From the NCBI RefSeq assembly GCF_000166135.1, contig NC_014666.1:8484601-8508600 (forward strand): DNA of 24,000 bases, read 5' to 3'. Under the pieces are notes generated by a model that was given only the letters and a program-made list of their open reading frames with translations, was not told the origin of the DNA and searched no databases. This DNA comes from Pseudofrankia inefficax (lineage in GTDB: Bacteria > Actinomycetota > Actinomycetes > Frankiales > Frankiaceae). Position 1 is the stretch's first letter. Each line of letters begins with the position of its first letter. Shown here one piece after another: positions 1-7,301 of the stretch. The position numbers and the translations under genes were made by a program.

Positions 1-1422
1 GAGAACCTTGGCCAGGGTGGATTTCCCGCTGCCGTTGGCGCCGACGAAAGCGACGACCTGGCCCCGGCGCAGCTCGACGGAGACACCCCGCAACGCGGTC
101 GTCTCCGTGTGCGGATAGGTGTAGGTGACGCCGTCGACGCGAATGACGTCCGGGCTGACCGGGGCAGCCAGCGACCGCGGCGGCGGAATCCGGCGGGTCG
201 CCTCCAGAATCCATGCCTGGTACTCGTCGAAGTAAAGGAAGTTCTCGTACGCGTCGTTCAGGCTGGTCAGCGCCGTCGACAGGGCGCCGCGTCCGTTGCG
301 AATCGCGAGCACTGCCGCGCCGGCGGCGGCGAGTGGCATCACCCCGGTATCGAGCAGCACGACCAGCGTGCCGTAGACGGCGCCTAACGCGAGCCCGGCG
401 ACGCTCTCGCCGACTAGCCGGTAGCGTGCCTGGCCACGCCCGACCCGCAGCGCCTCGGCCTCGTTTCCGCGGGCGATCACGGAATACTCGTCGAGCAGGA
501 AGCGACCGAGCCCGAACGAGCGAATCTCGGCCGCCGAGTCCCGGTCGATCATGTAGTAGCGCAACATGAACTGGCGGCGCACGAGGCGGATACGGCCCAG
601 CCAGGACGCGTAGGCCAGCCGGGCCGAGCGGGCAGTCGCCCAACCGTCCGGGAGAATCGAGAGGATCAACAGCGGCACCAGCAGCGGGTGCAGGACGCCG
701 AGGACGCCCGCCGCGGCCACGAGCCGGACCACCGAGGTGAAGACGGTGGTGGCATTGTCGACGAGCTGGCGGCCGCTGACGGCGCCCCGCTCGGCGGCTT
801 CCAGGTCGTCCACGAAGCGGGGATCGTCGAATGCCATGACCGACGTCGTGGTGGCAAGGTCGAGCAACCGGACCACGCACACCCGGTCGATCCGGGGCCC
901 GAACCTGGCGCGCAGCAGGTTCTCCACCAACGACAGCGCGGTCCGGACGAGCCCTGCGGCGAGGATCAGGGCGAGCGCTGGCAGTGCGTGGCGGACCCGG
1001 TCCGGCGTCGGGCCGGCGGTGAGCAGCCCGCCAAGCGCGCCGGCCACCGCGAGCAGGCCGGCGGCCTCGACGAGTCCCGCGACAACGCGGACCGTCACCA
1101 ACGCGATCAGACCGTTCCGATCAGCCTCCCAGGCGAGCGACCAGGCCAGCCGGAGCAGGCCCGGGAGCCGTTTGACCATGGTGCGTACCCCGGTACGTTC
1201 CATCGTTTTCTCGTGCTTGCGCCAGGCACTGCTGGTGTCGTCGTCCTCCTTCCCGTAGGTAAGGACAGGATCATGCGGGATCGTCGCTCGGACCTCCGGG
1301 TCCGGTGCGCTGCCGCTGGGCTGGTCTTCCAGGCTCTCGGCTGGGGTGGTGGCCGGGGTGGGATCGCGCTGCGCCGGTACCTGGTTCGTGTCTGAGGTGT
1401 CGGGTACGTCAGATGTCGCCAC
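1..1422 (-). CDS. ABC transporter ATP-binding protein/permease (fused TMD-NBD exporter); 3' end cut by the window edge
   Basis: It is absent from the ORF track because it runs off the left edge. The reverse translation of 1-120 reads YPHTETTALRGVSVELRRGQVVAFVGANGSGKSTLAKVL, which contains a Walker A motif. Upstream is an exporter membrane domain (MVKRLPGLLRLAWSLAWEADRNGLIALV... and ...VMAFDDPRFVDDLEAAERGAVSGRQLVDNATTVFTSVVRLVAAAGVLGVLHPLLVPLLILS). The frame stays open back to GTG at 1420-1422, with TAG at 1423-1425. Alternative ATG starts are at 1203 and 1179, so the start is uncertain. Confidence 0.85.
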   Translation of the reverse strand, partial: MATSDVPDTSDTNQVPAQRDPTPATTPAESLEDQPSGSAPDPEVRATIPHDPVLTYGKEDDDTSSAWRKHEKTMERTGVRTMVKRLPGLLRLAWSLAWEADRNGLIALVTVRVVAGLVEAAGLLAVAGALGGLLTAGPTPDRVRHALPALALILAAGLVRTALSLVENLLRARFGPRIDRVCVVRLLDLATTTSVMAFDDPRFVDDLEAAERGAVSGRQLVDNATTVFTSVVRLVAAAGVLGVLHPLLVPLLILSILPDGWATARSARLAYASWLGRIRLVRRQFMLRYYMIDRDSAAEIRSFGLGRFLLDEYSVIARGNEAEALRVGRGQARYRLVGESVAGLALGAVYGTLVVLLDTGVMPLAAAGAAVLAIRNGRGALSTALTSLNDAYENFLYFDEYQAWILEATRRIPPPRSLAAPVSPDVIRVDGVTYTYPHTETTALRGVSVELRRGQVVAFVGANGSGKSTLAKVL

Positions 1423-1460
1423 CTACCCAGGGTGGGCGACCCGGCATTGGCGATCCCTCC

Positions 1461-1482
1461 AATCCGGCGCTCAGGCCGGATT
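1461..1482. repeat. Perfect 8-bp stem, 6-nt loop inverted repeat (AATCCGGC-GCTCAG-GCCGGATT) in the gap upstream of the ABC transporter gene
   Basis: Read directly: aatccggc gctcag gccggatt. It lies between the decayed XRE gene (stop at 1602) and the ABC start region. No U-tract follows on either strand, so its function (terminator or operator) is unresolved. Confidence 0.3.
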
Positions 1483-1601
1483 CCGCGTACGGATACCCAG
1501 ATTTAGCCTGTTTCCTCAAAGGGAAATTCGACGCGCGAGGGCGCGGCGCCCGATCCGAGACCAAGCCACCTGACCAGTCAGAAGGCGCTGGTGGCGGTGG
1601 G

Positions 1602-1768
1602 CTAGTCGTACAGCGTGGACAGGAGCATGTCTTCCCTGCTTTCGAGGCGAGAGACGGCGGCCTGGCGACTCCGAGCTTCTTGGCGACCTCGGACTAGGTC
1701 ATCTCCGCCGCTTTGCGGATCATCGCAAGGTCAATGGCGTAGATCCAGTCCGGTCCATCTCCAGTCAC
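1602..1768 (-). pseudogene. Decayed small XRE-family helix-turn-helix (antitoxin-like) gene
   Basis: The minus-strand reading is VTGDGPDWIYAIDLAMIRKAAEMT*SEVAKKLGV, then a 1-nt frameshift, then QAAVSRLESREDMLLSTLYD*. This matches the canonical HTH_XRE core (lTQsevAkklGvSqaavSrlE). It is interrupted by an in-frame TAG where Gln is expected and by a frameshift near 1655-1665. The GTG start at 1766-1768 overlaps the upstream gene's ATG-TGA end. Confidence 0.5.
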
Positions 1769-2751
1769 ATGCCCCTCGGGCCGAGGATGGCTTGGCGGGC
1801 GGCGTGCGCCAGGAGCGCCTGGGTTCGGGTAGGTAGGCCGAGTCGGTTCCAGTGGAAGATGGCGTGGTAGCTGAGGACGTCGCGCAGTCCGCGGTGTAGG
1901 AGTCCGCTCCGGTTAGCGTCCGCGAGTGCCCGGCCGGCCGTAGCGCATGCCTCGGCCCAGCGGGCTTGGGAGGCGACAGGCCCGCCGGGGCCGAACAGTG
2001 GCCCGTCGGGTCTGGTGTCGGCGCGCAGCAGGGTGGCCAGGGTTTCGCTGAGATCGGCGATCTTCTCAGCGGGCACCTCGCGAGGTAGGGCTCGTTCGGT
2101 GCAGACGCGGTCGAACAGGTCTCCGCGCTCATACCACTCCAGGCCGGCGCCGCGCAGTAGCGCGCTGAGGAGCAGGAGCGACAACTCGCGTCGCCCGACG
2201 CCAGGGCCGTCCGTGATGGCTAGATCGAGCGCGCCCCGGCTGTCGGCGGCGAAGAGGGCATGCGCGATGTCCATGGCTATGCCGCCACCGAACGCGGCGG
2301 TTTCCGGTTCGTAGACCCCAGGCCGCCAGGCGTCCAAATGTCCGTCCGCGACGAGTTGGTCGAGGGCCGCCTCGATCGTGGCGGGCGGGCCCGGCCGGGT
2401 CGGGTGGAGCCGTAGGCGCCAGCAGGGGTGTTTCCGCATGAACCACCAGGTGCTGATCTGGCCGTGCCGTTCGGCGTCGTCCAGGATCCGGACCAGGTGG
2501 GCTGCCGCGACCTGGTCGGCGTGCTGCCAGTCAGAGAACCGCAGGTAGATCTGGCGCCAGGCGGTGTCGCGGTGCGCGGCGAGGGCCCGGCGGCCGGCTG
2601 TGCGGTAGATCTCGGTCGCGGCGGCCAGGTCGTCGGGGTCTAGGCCCGACCTGGTGGCTGTGGCCAGGATTGCGTCGCCGCTGAGGACCCGGAGGATCGC
2701 GTGCTCGGTGGTGGCCGGATGGGCTAGTTGATCAGAAGGCATGTGTCCCAT
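1765..2751 (-). CDS. Thiopeptide-type bacteriocin biosynthesis domain protein (stand-alone Lant_dehydr_C / SpaB_C-like elimination-domain homolog)
   Basis: This is the C-terminal 328 codons of the 666-aa track ORF. The Arg/Pro-rich N-terminal half of that ORF is an out-of-frame shadow of lanC. From ATG 2751 (or 2742) it reads MGHMPSDQLAHPATTEHAILRVLSGD... The blocks WWFMRKHPCWRLRLHP and GVYEPETAAFGG match the WFFxRY..HLRLR and Y.PE..YGG blocks of the lantibiotic dehydratase C-terminal domain. The start overlaps the lanC stop by 28 nt. Confidence 0.8.
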   Translation of the reverse strand: MGHMPSDQLAHPATTEHAILRVLSGDAILATATRSGLDPDDLAAATEIYRTAGRRALAAHRDTAWRQIYLRFSDWQHADQVAAAHLVRILDDAERHGQISTWWFMRKHPCWRLRLHPTRPGPPATIEAALDQLVADGHLDAWRPGVYEPETAAFGGGIAMDIAHALFAADSRGALDLAITDGPGVGRRELSLLLLSALLRGAGLEWYERGDLFDRVCTERALPREVPAEKIADLSETLATLLRADTRPDGPLFGPGGPVASQARWAEACATAGRALADANRSGLLHRGLRDVLSYHAIFHWNRLGLPTRTQALLAHAARQAILGPRGM

Positions 2752-3980
2752 CCCGACAGCGGGGCTGTGTTCGTGGCTGCGGTGTGCAGCGCCAGCGCGA
2801 TGCCGGCGCCGCCGGTCAGGAACCCCGGGTCGGTCTGGTCCGCGGTTCGAGCGGTTCGCAGGAGACGGGCGGCGTGTGCCGGTAGTCGGGCGCGCAAATC
2901 GCCGGTCGTGGCATCGGTGGCGGCTCGCCAGACGGTTTGGAAGAGGCCGGCCTGGCCGTGGCAGAGGCCGGGGTCTACGAGGCGGGCCTGTTGGGTGGGG
3001 TCGTCGAGGCAGGCGAGCAGGGCCTGTTCGTAGGCCGCTTGGCGGTGGCGGTCGCCAAGGGCGAGGGCGGCGAGCTGGCCGGCGCGGGTGATGCCGGGCG
3101 TGCCGTAGCACCAGCTGGGGCGGGCCGGGCGAGGTTGGGCGCAGCGCCCGGTGCGGAGCTCGTCGAGGGCGAGATGTTCGGGCCACCATGGACCGGCGGA
3201 GTCGTCTTGCTGCCAGCCGTCGAGCCAATCGCAGACGGTGGCGATCGCGTCGAGCTGTCCGTCGACGACGGTGCCGTTGCGGGCGGCGAGGCTGAGCAGG
3301 GCAAGCGGACCGGTGATCCCGTGGGCGGCGCCGAGGTTGCCGTGGCCGCCGCGGAACGCTGGGGTGTGTCGGCGGTGGGGGTCGTGGTCGACCCACCAGC
3401 CGGGCAGCGTTTCGCCGTCTACGGTCAGCGGTCTGGTCAGTGCGACGAGGGCGGTCAGGGCCTGTTCGGTCGCGCTGTGGGTTGGGGCTCGGCGTAGGAG
3501 AAGGGCACCGAGCCCGGTCAGACCGCCGAAGACGTCGTACTCGGCGAACGACGCGAGCCGGCCGGACTGGATGCGGGCGAGGGCTTGGGCGGCACGGCGG
3601 TGCGCGAGCCGGGTGACGGCGGCGTCGAGGTCTGCGAGCCCTGCCTGGTAGCGGTCGGTAGGACCGGCTGCGGCATTGAGGATGAACGTCAGGGCCGGCG
3701 CTCCGAAGTAGAGCCCGGCGGTGTCGTGGTCGCTGGCGGGCTCGGCGGCAACGGCACAAATCCACTGGTGGGCTCGGTGCCAGCTTTCGAGGCCGGCGCG
3801 GGCGCGTTCGATGTGTGCCAGCGCGATGCCGGCGGTGCCGTTAGCCAACGCCGCTCCGGTGGCCAGGGCGTCCGCGGTTCGCGGCGGCACGGCGCCGATC
3901 TCGTGGAGGTGACGTTCAGCCTCGGACGCGAGGTCGGCCGGGGACGGGAGCCCAGAGGCCGTGGTGTCAGCCGTTCGCAT
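2724..3980 (-). CDS. lanC: Lanthionine synthetase C family protein (LanC cyclase)
   Basis: It carries GAAHGITGPL, SWCYGTPGI and GLCHGQAGL, which are the GxAHG, WCxG and CHG zinc-site motifs of LanC. My preferred start is ATG 3980 (MRTADTTASGLPSPADLA...), giving 418 aa and a 14-nt overlap with the lanB stop. The track start at 4109 would overlap lanB by 143 nt. Confidence 0.9.
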   Translation of the reverse strand: MRTADTTASGLPSPADLASEAERHLHEIGAVPPRTADALATGAALANGTAGIALAHIERARAGLESWHRAHQWICAVAAEPASDHDTAGLYFGAPALTFILNAAAGPTDRYQAGLADLDAAVTRLAHRRAAQALARIQSGRLASFAEYDVFGGLTGLGALLLRRAPTHSATEQALTALVALTRPLTVDGETLPGWWVDHDPHRRHTPAFRGGHGNLGAAHGITGPLALLSLAARNGTVVDGQLDAIATVCDWLDGWQQDDSAGPWWPEHLALDELRTGRCAQPRPARPSWCYGTPGITRAGQLAALALGDRHRQAAYEQALLACLDDPTQQARLVDPGLCHGQAGLFQTVWRAATDATTGDLRARLPAHAARLLRTARTADQTDPGFLTGGAGIALALHTAATNTAPLSGWDTCLLIN

Positions 3981-6900
3981 GGATGGCCTGGGCGTGCAGT
4001 GCCAGCGCTCGGGCGAGGCGGCCCGTGACGCGCTCGGCGTCGGGGTCGGCGCCGACCGTCCGCAGGTGGTGCAGGTGCAGCAGCGGCCCGAGCACGCCAG
4101 CGGGCTCACGCTGGGACACCAGCTCTCTGGCGTAGGTGGTAAGCGCGGCGGCGCGGTCCTGCCAGGCGGCGGTCACCGCACGGCCCGCGGGCATCTCAGC
4201 GAGTGGTCCGGGTCCCTCGGCGAGCGCGATGACCTGGCAGCGAAGAGCTCGATCGAGAGGGCCGTGGCTCTGGGGCACCGTGTCCAACAGCCACTCCCGC
4301 CCGGTGGCCGCGTCGCCGGCGAACGCCGAGGCGAGGTCGAGGAAGCTCAGCGCCGTCAGCGCCTGGGGATCTGTCCCGGTGCGGGCGGCGCGGATCTGGG
4401 CGAGCGCGGCGGCCGAGTCGGCCCTGAATGCGCCCAGGGCGGCATCGAGCGCGGCGCCGTGACCGTAACGGCCAGTGGGTGGCTGCCAGCTGGCGAAGGT
4501 CAGCTGCGCGGCCAGCCTCTCACGGTCCAGTTCTTCGGCCCAGTCCGCGAGCTGGCCTGCGGCTGCCGCATAGGCGCCTGGTTCACCGACGTCCACGAAC
4601 AGCGCCAGGTACTGGTCACCCTGATGGTCTTGCAGGTTGCGATACCGATGGAACCACCACGCCGGGTCGCCAGAGAGCCGGCGAAGCAGGCGGGGGAGAT
4701 GATCGGCGAGTATGTCGTCGAACCGTTCCGGATGGGCGTACAGCCGGGCCGCGACGACCGATGAGGCCGCCGGAAGGCGAAGGGCGGCAGCCAGTACGGG
4801 CCGCGACGATGGACGCTTGCGCGAGACTGGAACGACGTCCCGTTCGACGCGGGTCAGGGGTAAGAGGAGTTCGTGGGCGCGCCCGATCCAGCCGAGTTGC
4901 TCGGGCGGCGCGGTCTCGCGCAGTTCCAGCCGTCGAGCGCTTTGGAGACGACTGCGCAATAGGTGCCGGTGGGCCGGGTGTCGCAAGTCGACGGGCTGGC
5001 GCCGATCGTGCTCGACAAGTGCGACGTGGTCCGGGACCTGCCAGTGCGCGCGCCAGCCGGCCAGGGCCTGCTCCCACTCGGCGGGAGCGGCGCGGCGCCC
5101 GGGGAGCTGGGCGGCGTCGAGCAGCCAGCGGGCCGGGGACAGGATCGTGCGCCGGTAGCGGACCCGCGGCAGGTACGGCAGGCGGGACGCGGCTCCGAAG
5201 GAGAACGACCCGTACATCGCACACGTAGCGATCGACACCTCGGCGAGGAACCGGGCTAGAGGCGGCGTATGGACGCTGGCCTCCAGCGCGTTCGGCACCA
5301 GGGGCGCGACCCGATCGCCGGTCGAGAGCTGGATCAGGTCGAAGCCCTGGTCATCGGCTGTGACTGCCAGGTCCGACAGGTCGATCACATCTGCGCCAGG
5401 CCGCCGATGCTCAGCGAGGGAAATCAGTTTCGGGCTCCACCGACCATTGCGGGTGACGTTCTCGCTGCGCTGGCGACGCGGTGCGAACGACAACTGCGCC
5501 GCCACCAGCCCCGGCTCGCCCGGCTCGAACGTCCGACGAACCGCCGCGAACTCTTCCGGTGGCAGCAGGTAAGCGTGTCGTGCGGCCATGCTGCTCGCCG
5601 GGCGGGGGGTGCCAGTGACCTCCAGCGTGAACCGGCCGGCCTGGAGCTGCGCGACGGTCCACGCGTGGATCTCGAAGGCCACCTCAGTACGCGGCGGCAG
5701 CACCGGACCAGCACCACTGTCCGCGCACAGCCCGGCAATCACCGCGTCGGTCACGAGCAGTTCACCGCCGCTGGCCATCGCCTCCTGGACGAGCGCCATC
5801 ACCTTTTCGTCACGTTCACTCAGCTGGCGTGGCGGCGTCTCACGCGCCGAGCCGAGGAACCCGGCCGGCAACCCCAAGCCGCTGTCCGCGACCAGGTCGA
5901 GGACCGGGACCAGGGCGCCCGTGCCGTAGCGGGCGCGGAACGCGTTGTGGTACTCCCGCCAGGCCGGATGCCCGAACGGGTGGGGCGAAAGGCGATAGAG
6001 CACGGTCACGGCGTCCCGGATCTCGCGAGCGACCGCGGGCGGGATCTCGGCCTCACAGTCGGCGACCGTGTCGATCAGCAGCGGTGACCGCGCCGCCGGG
6101 GCCTGGGCGATCATTCGTGCACTGACCCCGGCCGGGACGGTGTCGACCGGGTCCGCGGGCAAGGCGTCGCGGATCGCGTACAGCTCGCCGACCAGGTCCG
6201 CGACCTCGGCGATGGCCGCCGCATCAACGTCCTGGAGGACCTGGCAGACGGCGCGCAGCGCGTCCGGTTCGCTAATCGGAACCCGCAGCGCGCTGATCAG
6301 AAACCGGTTGCCGACCAGGCCGCGAAGGACCCCATCTAGCTGGTCAGCGCTGGCGGCCGGGAACCGGGACGCGAGCAGCTCGCGAAGCTCGTCGAGCGGA
6401 ACCGGGGCGGTCGCCGCGTCAAGAGCGAAGACCACGGGGCCGGTCGCCCGGACAGAAACCTCCAGCGCCGCCTCCCCGGGCGGGCCTGCGTCCGGCGCGG
6501 TTCCGGGAGCGACCAGGCGGCCACCTCGCCGGACGATGGCATTGCAGGCCACGACCGGTATCCGGGCAGCCAGCTCGGGGCACGGCCCGAGCCGAGCGGT
6601 CACCTCACCGAGCCAGCCAGCATCCGCCCGGACCGCGTACCGGTGGCCAGTGCCGCAGCGAACCTTCGCCGCCGCGCTCTCGAACCGCGCGGGGCCGACC
6701 CCGGCGAACAGGCCGAACGGCGTCTGCCGACGCTGCCAGCGAAGCAGGTACGACGCCAGCGACGCCGCCACCCGCCGGACGCGGGCGGGAGCCGCTCCGC
6801 TGTCGGCGAGGACCGTCTCGATCTGCGCGCACAGCGCGGGACTCGCGGAGACCAAAGCCTCACGGATCTCCGCGCGCTTCCAGGTCGTCGTCAGCCACAC

Positions 6901-7032
6901 GAGAAGCGGGCCGACGGGAGCAGTGGGGGACAGATCCAGGGATTCCGGGAGATCAAGCCCTCCTGGTTCGGTCGTGATCCGCAACAGCCCGACCGGGCTC
7001 CAGGACAGCTCTGCCGCCCCCGTCGCCATCAC
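3967..7032 (-). CDS. lanB: Lantibiotic dehydratase (full-length LanB, glutamylation + elimination domains)
   Basis: It is 1021 aa. WQRRQTPFGLFAGVGPARF is the hallmark TPFGLFAG block of Lant_dehydr_N. The C-terminal part (WWFHRYRNLQDHQGDQYLALFVDV ... SWQPPTGRYGHG) resembles the elimination domain. The start is GTG 7032 or the adjacent ATG 7029. Confidence 0.92.
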   Translation of the reverse strand: MMATGAAELSWSPVGLLRITTEPGGLDLPESLDLSPTAPVGPLLVWLTTTWKRAEIREALVSASPALCAQIETVLADSGAAPARVRRVAASLASYLLRWQRRQTPFGLFAGVGPARFESAAAKVRCGTGHRYAVRADAGWLGEVTARLGPCPELAARIPVVACNAIVRRGGRLVAPGTAPDAGPPGEAALEVSVRATGPVVFALDAATAPVPLDELRELLASRFPAASADQLDGVLRGLVGNRFLISALRVPISEPDALRAVCQVLQDVDAAAIAEVADLVGELYAIRDALPADPVDTVPAGVSARMIAQAPAARSPLLIDTVADCEAEIPPAVAREIRDAVTVLYRLSPHPFGHPAWREYHNAFRARYGTGALVPVLDLVADSGLGLPAGFLGSARETPPRQLSERDEKVMALVQEAMASGGELLVTDAVIAGLCADSGAGPVLPPRTEVAFEIHAWTVAQLQAGRFTLEVTGTPRPASSMAARHAYLLPPEEFAAVRRTFEPGEPGLVAAQLSFAPRRQRSENVTRNGRWSPKLISLAEHRRPGADVIDLSDLAVTADDQGFDLIQLSTGDRVAPLVPNALEASVHTPPLARFLAEVSIATCAMYGSFSFGAASRLPYLPRVRYRRTILSPARWLLDAAQLPGRRAAPAEWEQALAGWRAHWQVPDHVALVEHDRRQPVDLRHPAHRHLLRSRLQSARRLELRETAPPEQLGWIGRAHELLLPLTRVERDVVPVSRKRPSSRPVLAAALRLPAASSVVAARLYAHPERFDDILADHLPRLLRRLSGDPAWWFHRYRNLQDHQGDQYLALFVDVGEPGAYAAAAGQLADWAEELDRERLAAQLTFASWQPPTGRYGHGAALDAALGAFRADSAAALAQIRAARTGTDPQALTALSFLDLASAFAGDAATGREWLLDTVPQSHGPLDRALRCQVIALAEGPGPLAEMPAGRAVTAAWQDRAAALTTYARELVSQREPAGVLGPLLHLHHLRTVGADPDAERVTGRLARALALHAQAIHANG

Positions 7033-7049
7033 TTCGCCTTTCGCCGAGG

Positions 7050-7077
7050 CCCGGCCGCCGGCGTGCCAGCGGCCGGG
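7050..7077 (-). terminator. Stem-loop between the precursor gene and lanB (putative attenuator or partial terminator)
   Basis: It has a perfect 9-bp GC-rich stem, CCCGGCCGC (7050-7058) pairing with GCGGCCGGG (7069-7077), and a 10-nt loop. It sits 12 nt downstream of the precursor stop and 18 nt upstream of the lanB start. No U-tract is present. Confidence 0.45.
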
Positions 7078-7088
7078 AACCTCACCGG

Positions 7089-7286
7089 TCAGAACACGTT
7101 GTTGGCCACCGACTGACAGGCGCTCGCGCCGTCCTTGCAGGTCTCACCGCAACCGTCATTGGTCGGGCAGTCGCCGCTCAGCGGCGACCGGGCGGAGAGG
7201 ATGACCCGGACGTCGAGGGTGAACTCGTCCTCGTCCACGGGCCGGTCGAGCAGCGCGGTGGCGCCGCCGGAGGGCTGGAAGGTCAT
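7089..7286 (-). CDS. lanA: FxLD family lanthipeptide precursor (65 aa)
   Basis: This is the C-terminal part of the 127-aa track ORF, starting at ATG 7286: MTFQPSGGATALLDRPVDEDEFTLDVRVILSARSPLSGDCPTNDGCGETCKDGASACQSVANNVF. The leader carries an F-T-L-D box (residues 22-25). The C-terminal 35 residues contain 4 Cys and 7 Ser/Thr. A strong SD (AAGGAG) lies 9 nt upstream, and the gene sits directly between the methyltransferase and lanB. Confidence 0.88.
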   Translation of the reverse strand: MTFQPSGGATALLDRPVDEDEFTLDVRVILSARSPLSGDCPTNDGCGETCKDGASACQSVANNVF

Positions 7287-7295
7287 GAAGATCAG

Positions 7296-7301
7296 CTCCT
7301 T
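7296..7301 (-). promoter_or_regulatory. Shine-Dalgarno AAGGAG for the precursor peptide gene
   Basis: The minus strand reads cac caa ccc ctc cca ctg TAAGGAGctgatcttcATGacc. The SD overlaps the methyltransferase TAA stop and lies 9 nt before the ATG. Confidence 0.65.

Noticed and set aside
2752-3765. N-terminal 338 aa of the 666-aa minus-strand track ORF (extremely Arg/Pro-rich)
   Set aside because: It lies entirely inside lanC in another frame and has the composition of a GC-rich out-of-frame shadow. The real gene begins at ATG 2751 or 2742, where a recognisable Lant_dehydr_C sequence starts.
3981-4109. Upstream extension of the lanC ORF (MSPLACSGRCCTCTTCGRS...)
   Set aside because: It would overlap lanB by 143 nt and is Cys/Arg/Thr-rich nonsense. 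ATG 3980 gives a normal 418-aa LanC with a 14-nt coupling overlap.
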